Assembly: GCA_012842045.1 (NCBI GenBank)
Contig: DUTP01000003.1
Coordinates: 130,532 to 194,531 of the forward strand
Length of the DNA: 64,000 nucleotides
Direction of reading: 5' to 3'
Source: Candidatus Dojkabacteria bacterium
GTDB lineage: Bacteria > Patescibacteriota > Dojkabacteria > SC72
In this document: positions 60,002-64,000 of the stretch, in pieces
How the letters are laid out: each line of letters opens with the position of its first letter
Position numbering within the stretch: the first letter of the stretch is position 1
Position numbers and translations under genes: made by a program
The notes under the pieces: generated by a model
Seen by the model: only the letters and a program-made list of their open reading frames with translations
Told to the model about the DNA's origin: nothing
Database searches by the model: none

Positions 60002-61846
60002 ATGGCAAGTCTAGCACATCTACACAAAATCAGGTTAGACAAGAAATCAAACAAAAGAAAAAACTCCGAGAACAAAAAGAAGGACAAAAGTAATATTCAG
60101 ATACTTCTTTATGCAATCACTATCTTTGGTGCCATAGTAATCTTACAAACATTTCGCTGGCAACTCATCCATGCTGATAAGTTTAAAGACCTCTCACAAG
60201 AACAATACATGTCTACACAGGTATCCATTGCCCCAAGAGGAAAAGTCATAGCCTCAGATGGAACTATTTTAGCTGTAGATGAACCAGTATGGAATGTTTA
60301 TGCAACTCTAAGTAAAGATGAAAAAGAAAGGAAGTTGTTTTTTGACAACAAGGAGAAATTTGTAACAGAAGTTTCAGGTATCCTTTCAATGAACAAAGAG
60401 GAGATAGAGGATAAACTAACTGATGATTTTGTATATGCACCCATCAAAAAGCATATTACAACAGAAAAAAAGAACGCCTTAACATCTACCGAGATATTTG
60501 GAGAAAACACAAAAGGATTCGGTCTGCATTTTGAAAGAGAAGAGAAGAGAACTTATCCAAACAACACTCTAGCTGCGCATGTTTTAGGTTTCTTTGGTAA
60601 AGATGCTGAAGGGAAAACAATAGGGCAGTATGGACTACAAGGCTACTACTTTGGTGACATAAGTGGAAGATCTGGATATTCTTACGAAGAGAAAGACTCT
60701 TACGGTAACATCATCCTCACATCAGAATACCAGCCAGTCTTACCAAGAGAAGGAAAAGACTTTAAGTTAACAATTGTTCCCAACTTACAAAGTAAAGTTG
60801 AGAAAATTCTAGAAGACGGAGTGAAAAATACTAGATCCAAGAGTGGCTCAGTAATAATTATGGATCCTAGTACTGGTGCCATATTAGTAATGGCTAACTA
60901 TCCTACATACAATCCTGCAGAATATTGGAGAGCACCAGAACCTTCTGTTTTAAAAAACAAGGCAATATCAGATGTATATGAATATGGTTCTATCCAAAAG
61001 CCTCTCACCATTGCTATTGCACTAGAAGAAAAGTTAATTGACAAGAACTATATCTGTGTAGATAAAACAGGATACCTAGATCTTTACAAAGTTACTGGCT
61101 ATGAAGACTTAAAAGGTTCTCGAATTTATACATGGAATAGGAGAGCAGCTGGTTCTTTAGATATTCCAGAAATTTTCAAAACATCAAATAATCCCTGTAC
61201 GGCCAAAACAGCCCTGACAGTAGATGCAAAACATTATTATTCTAAATTAAAAGAATTTGGAATTGGTGAATTCATAGGTATCGGCTTACAAGATGAAGCT
61301 ACAAGTTATTTAAAACCTTTTGAATACTGGACAAAACTAGATATTATCACATCTGCATATGGACAAGGAATCTCAGCAACTGCACTACAAGCGATTTCTG
61401 CATTCAATCCATTTGCAAACGATGGGGTTAGAATGAGACCATATATCATAGAAGAAATTGTTGATGAAAAAGAGACAATAAAGATTGAACCACAAGCTAT
61501 CAGCCAACCTATCTCTAAAGAAACTGCAGATATCATCAAAGAAGCATTAAAAACAGCAGTGGAGAGAGGCTCTCTTTCAGGTGCAGTAAGAGAAATTCTA
61601 AAATATCCAGTAGCTGCAAAAACAGGTACAGCACAGATTGCAAAAGTAGGAGAGGAAGGGTACAGAAGTGACTATACAAATGATACTGTGATAGGTTTTG
61701 CTCCTGTAGATAAACCTAAAATGTTGATGCTTGTACGACTAGAAGAACCACAGACTGCTGGATTCTCATCTCTGACAACTGCGCCATTGTGGGAAGAAAT
61801 TTTCCTCGCAATTGCTGATGATATGGAAATTGAGAAGAAAAATTGA
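60002..61846 (+). CDS. ftsI: class B penicillin-binding protein (FtsI/PBP2-like)
   Basis: PRG.V...DG, R.YP, SIQK, SNN, KTGT motifs; dcw position. Confidence 0.88.
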   Translation: MASLAHLHKIRLDKKSNKRKNSENKKKDKSNIQILLYAITIFGAIVILQTFRWQLIHADKFKDLSQEQYMSTQVSIAPRGKVIASDGTILAVDEPVWNVYATLSKDEKERKLFFDNKEKFVTEVSGILSMNKEEIEDKLTDDFVYAPIKKHITTEKKNALTSTEIFGENTKGFGLHFEREEKRTYPNNTLAAHVLGFFGKDAEGKTIGQYGLQGYYFGDISGRSGYSYEEKDSYGNIILTSEYQPVLPREGKDFKLTIVPNLQSKVEKILEDGVKNTRSKSGSVIIMDPSTGAILVMANYPTYNPAEYWRAPEPSVLKNKAISDVYEYGSIQKPLTIAIALEEKLIDKNYICVDKTGYLDLYKVTGYEDLKGSRIYTWNRRAAGSLDIPEIFKTSNNPCTAKTALTVDAKHYYSKLKEFGIGEFIGIGLQDEATSYLKPFEYWTKLDIITSAYGQGISATALQAISAFNPFANDGVRMRPYIIEEIVDEKETIKIEPQAISQPISKETADIIKEALKTAVERGSLSGAVREILKYPVAAKTGTAQIAKVGEEGYRSDYTNDTVIGFAPVDKPKMLMLVRLEEPQTAGFSSLTTAPLWEEIFLAIADDMEIEKKN

Positions 61847-61883
61847 GATAATAGAGAAGAAAATAATCTAACCAATTCTTAAA

Positions 61884-62912
61884 ATGTCAGATGTACTGAA
61901 AAAAAGCTTGGAACTACTTTTTATTTCTGTTGTAGCATCAGCCATATTTGCTCCAATAATGATTTCTTTTCTATACAAATTTAATCAGGTAAGTGGTATT
62001 AAAAAATCAAAAATTGGAGGTGGAGATGGAGACAACACACTCTTCATGAAGATAATGAAGACTACAATCACTAATGGTACACCTAATATGGGTGGTTTAC
62101 TAATAATGGTGATTGTCCCTTTGATTACACTTATCTTTGTTGAGATGACTCCACTAATTAAAGTATTTTTAATAGGATTCGTTCTTTTTGGAGTATGGGG
62201 ATTGATTGATGTTGTCATATTTACAAATGGTTTCAAACACAATGAAAAAATGAGAGCCTTGCAAGAGACTTTTGAATGGAGATTAGGCAAACTTATCTTC
62301 TCAATCTTTTTAAATATGGGGGTTATGTTACTTCTACAAAAAACTGGAATTGTTAAGAGTATAAATCCAATTGGTTCCTTAGTTATTAACTTCACACCTA
62401 TTGTAGCTATCATCTCCGCAGTAGTAGGGCAATTTGCAATATATTCGGCAGAACTTACAGATGGAGCTGATGGATTAATGATAGGTATCTTTATGATTAT
62501 TACAATAACATTATCGATATTATTCTCTATTCAACAAAAATATGAATTCTTACCAGTCTTAGCTATTATCTTAGGTGTACAGATTATAGACCTCTACTTT
62601 AACATTCCACCAGCAAGATTTTGGAACGGAGGACCTGGTGCAATGCCTCTTGGATTTGCAATGTTCTTTATCGCTCTAGTAACAGACAACATACTCCCTT
62701 ACTTCTTCATGTCTTCGATTACTTGGATTATCATGTTATCTAGCCTTATACAAATGGTAAGTATGAAGTTTTTCAAAAAAAGAGTATTTAAGATAGCTCC
62801 AATACATCATCATTTCCAAGCAAATGGATGGCCACAATACAAAGTAGTAATGAGATTCTGGTTAGTAACACTCATTACATGTATTGTTGGATTATATGTA
62901 GCTCTAATCTAG
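61884..62912 (+). CDS. mraY: phospho-N-acetylmuramoyl-pentapeptide transferase
   Basis: GTPNMGG, TDGADGL, FNIPPAR, APIHHHF..GW. Confidence 0.92.
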   Translation: MSDVLKKSLELLFISVVASAIFAPIMISFLYKFNQVSGIKKSKIGGGDGDNTLFMKIMKTTITNGTPNMGGLLIMVIVPLITLIFVEMTPLIKVFLIGFVLFGVWGLIDVVIFTNGFKHNEKMRALQETFEWRLGKLIFSIFLNMGVMLLLQKTGIVKSINPIGSLVINFTPIVAIISAVVGQFAIYSAELTDGADGLMIGIFMIITITLSILFSIQQKYEFLPVLAIILGVQIIDLYFNIPPARFWNGGPGAMPLGFAMFFIALVTDNILPYFFMSSITWIIMLSSLIQMVSMKFFKKRVFKIAPIHHHFQANGWPQYKVVMRFWLVTLITCIVGLYVALI

Positions 62913-63629
62913 TTATTTACACTCGACTTTCCTTTGATCACAGCCACAAATCTTCTTACCATCTTCAGATGAGAAGACATCATTCTCACTATACAAAACT
63001 CCTTTGTAAGCACATGCATCTAACTCAATCTCCTCACCTCTCTCATTTCTGTAAACAACCAAAAAAGCATCGTTTACACTCACTGTAAATGGGTTTACTT
63101 CAAAACTACTAGATAACAAACAGGTTTGGGTATGTACCTCCTTATCTCTACCAGTAACAGTTGTAATAATTACCCTATCATCCTTCAGTTCATAGAAGCC
63201 TGCAGAATTAGGACTTGCATTATCTTCAGAACAATATTCCTCTCTCTCTATCGTTATCTTCAAACTCTCTCCACTCTGTGTAATATCAACCACATTAATC
63301 TTTTTGTAATCTGGTTTCTCTTTGTTTAAAGAATTAAGATATTTTTCCGTAAACTTCAAATTATCAGTTGATGGAAGGCTTTCCTCCACGACTTCAACAC
63401 TACCACCTTCATTCTCACAAACAGGAAAACCACTAGAAGAACAAACACAACTATTACCATTAGCATCAACAAAGCTTTCATCTTCAAGATACTCTTTACC
63501 TTCAATATTACAAACTACTTTCTCTCCTAGCCCAGCTTCTCTTACTTTGTAAATAACAACACCTACAGAGATAAGGAAGAGAAAAACAGTAATAACTAAA
63601 AGCCAATTAATTCGCTCTTTGTTTTCCAT
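62913..63629 (-). CDS. membrane-anchored protein with two short Cys-rich (VWC-like) modules
   Basis: TM then C...G..Y...ESF....NSCVC and C.YKG..Y....F.....CGC; start probably ATG 63629. Confidence 0.55.
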   Translation of the reverse strand: MENKERINWLLVITVFLFLISVGVVIYKVREAGLGEKVVCNIEGKEYLEDESFVDANGNSCVCSSSGFPVCENEGGSVEVVEESLPSTDNLKFTEKYLNSLNKEKPDYKKINVVDITQSGESLKITIEREEYCSEDNASPNSAGFYELKDDRVIITTVTGRDKEVHTQTCLLSSSFEVNPFTVSVNDAFLVVYRNERGEEIELDACAYKGVLYSENDVFSSEDGKKICGCDQRKVECK

Positions 63630-63673
63630 GCACATATTGTATCACAAATAAATAAATATGATACAATTTCATC

Positions 63674-64000
63674 ATGCATGACTCACATATCCATTTAGCA
63701 ATGGAACCACTAAAATCTAATTCAGATGAAGTAATTCATAGATTTATCCAAGAAGGAGGTAAACATATCCTAACACAAGGAACAGATATCGTAGACTTCG
63801 ATGATAATTTCCAACTAGCTAAAAAATACAACATGGGAGGAAAAGACATCATTCAAGTCGCCATTGGTCTTCATCCAACATACTTTGAAGAAACATTCAT
63901 TCTAAACAACATTACAGAACAGATTTATGAAAAATCACAGAAAGAGATAGAGAAGTTTAAAGAGATATTTGAAAAAAGAAAAAAAGATATCTCTGCAATA
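63674..64000 (+). CDS. TatD family hydrolase (partial, runs off window end; not in ORF track)
   Basis: Manual translation MHDSHIHL...AIGLHP. Confidence 0.8.
   Translation, partial: MHDSHIHLAMEPLKSNSDEVIHRFIQEGGKHILTQGTDIVDFDDNFQLAKKYNMGGKDIIQVAIGLHPTYFEETFILNNITEQIYEKSQKEIEKFKEIFEKRKKDISAI

Noticed and set aside
1-64000. Alternative genetic code (UGA recoding as in some CPR lineages)
   Set aside because: Conserved genes are full-length under code 11 and the PBP gene ends sensibly at TGA 61844-61846.

Overview
AT-rich, gene-dense bacterial chromosome segment in standard genetic code 11. Gene content and style (fermentative 2-oxoacid:ferredoxin oxidoreductase plus ADP-forming acetate-CoA ligase, half-size MFS, pilin-like and giant surface proteins with GxVLG motifs, many orphan membrane proteins) suggest a Patescibacteria/CPR organism, possibly Dojkabacteria/WS6; this is inference. 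Left to right: partial RecD/Dda-like helicase; RloAB/AbiL-like ATPase-TOPRIM pair; ExoX-like nuclease; Cys-rich surface protein and pilin-like gene; fermentation operon facing a minimal [FeFe]-hydrogenase-like gene; glmS with a divergent glmS ribozyme; an accessory stretch (about 19.7-28.5 kb) with tRNA-His, orphan genes, an unclassified ~230-nt structured RNA with its own promoter and terminator, and several promoter/boxA-like/SD/small-ORF/hairpin cassettes; murB; Na/Pi transporter; desulfoferrodoxin; sortase plus a 2521-aa surface protein with an internal LPVTG and a second signal peptide; a GlmL-like pair; CtpA and HtrA proteases; rpmE-prfA-prmC; pyk; tRNA-Cys and tRNA-Leu; a rearranged dcw cluster; partial tatD. 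No CRISPR array, rRNA, integrase or transposase was seen. All family calls are from motif recognition by eye, with no database searches.
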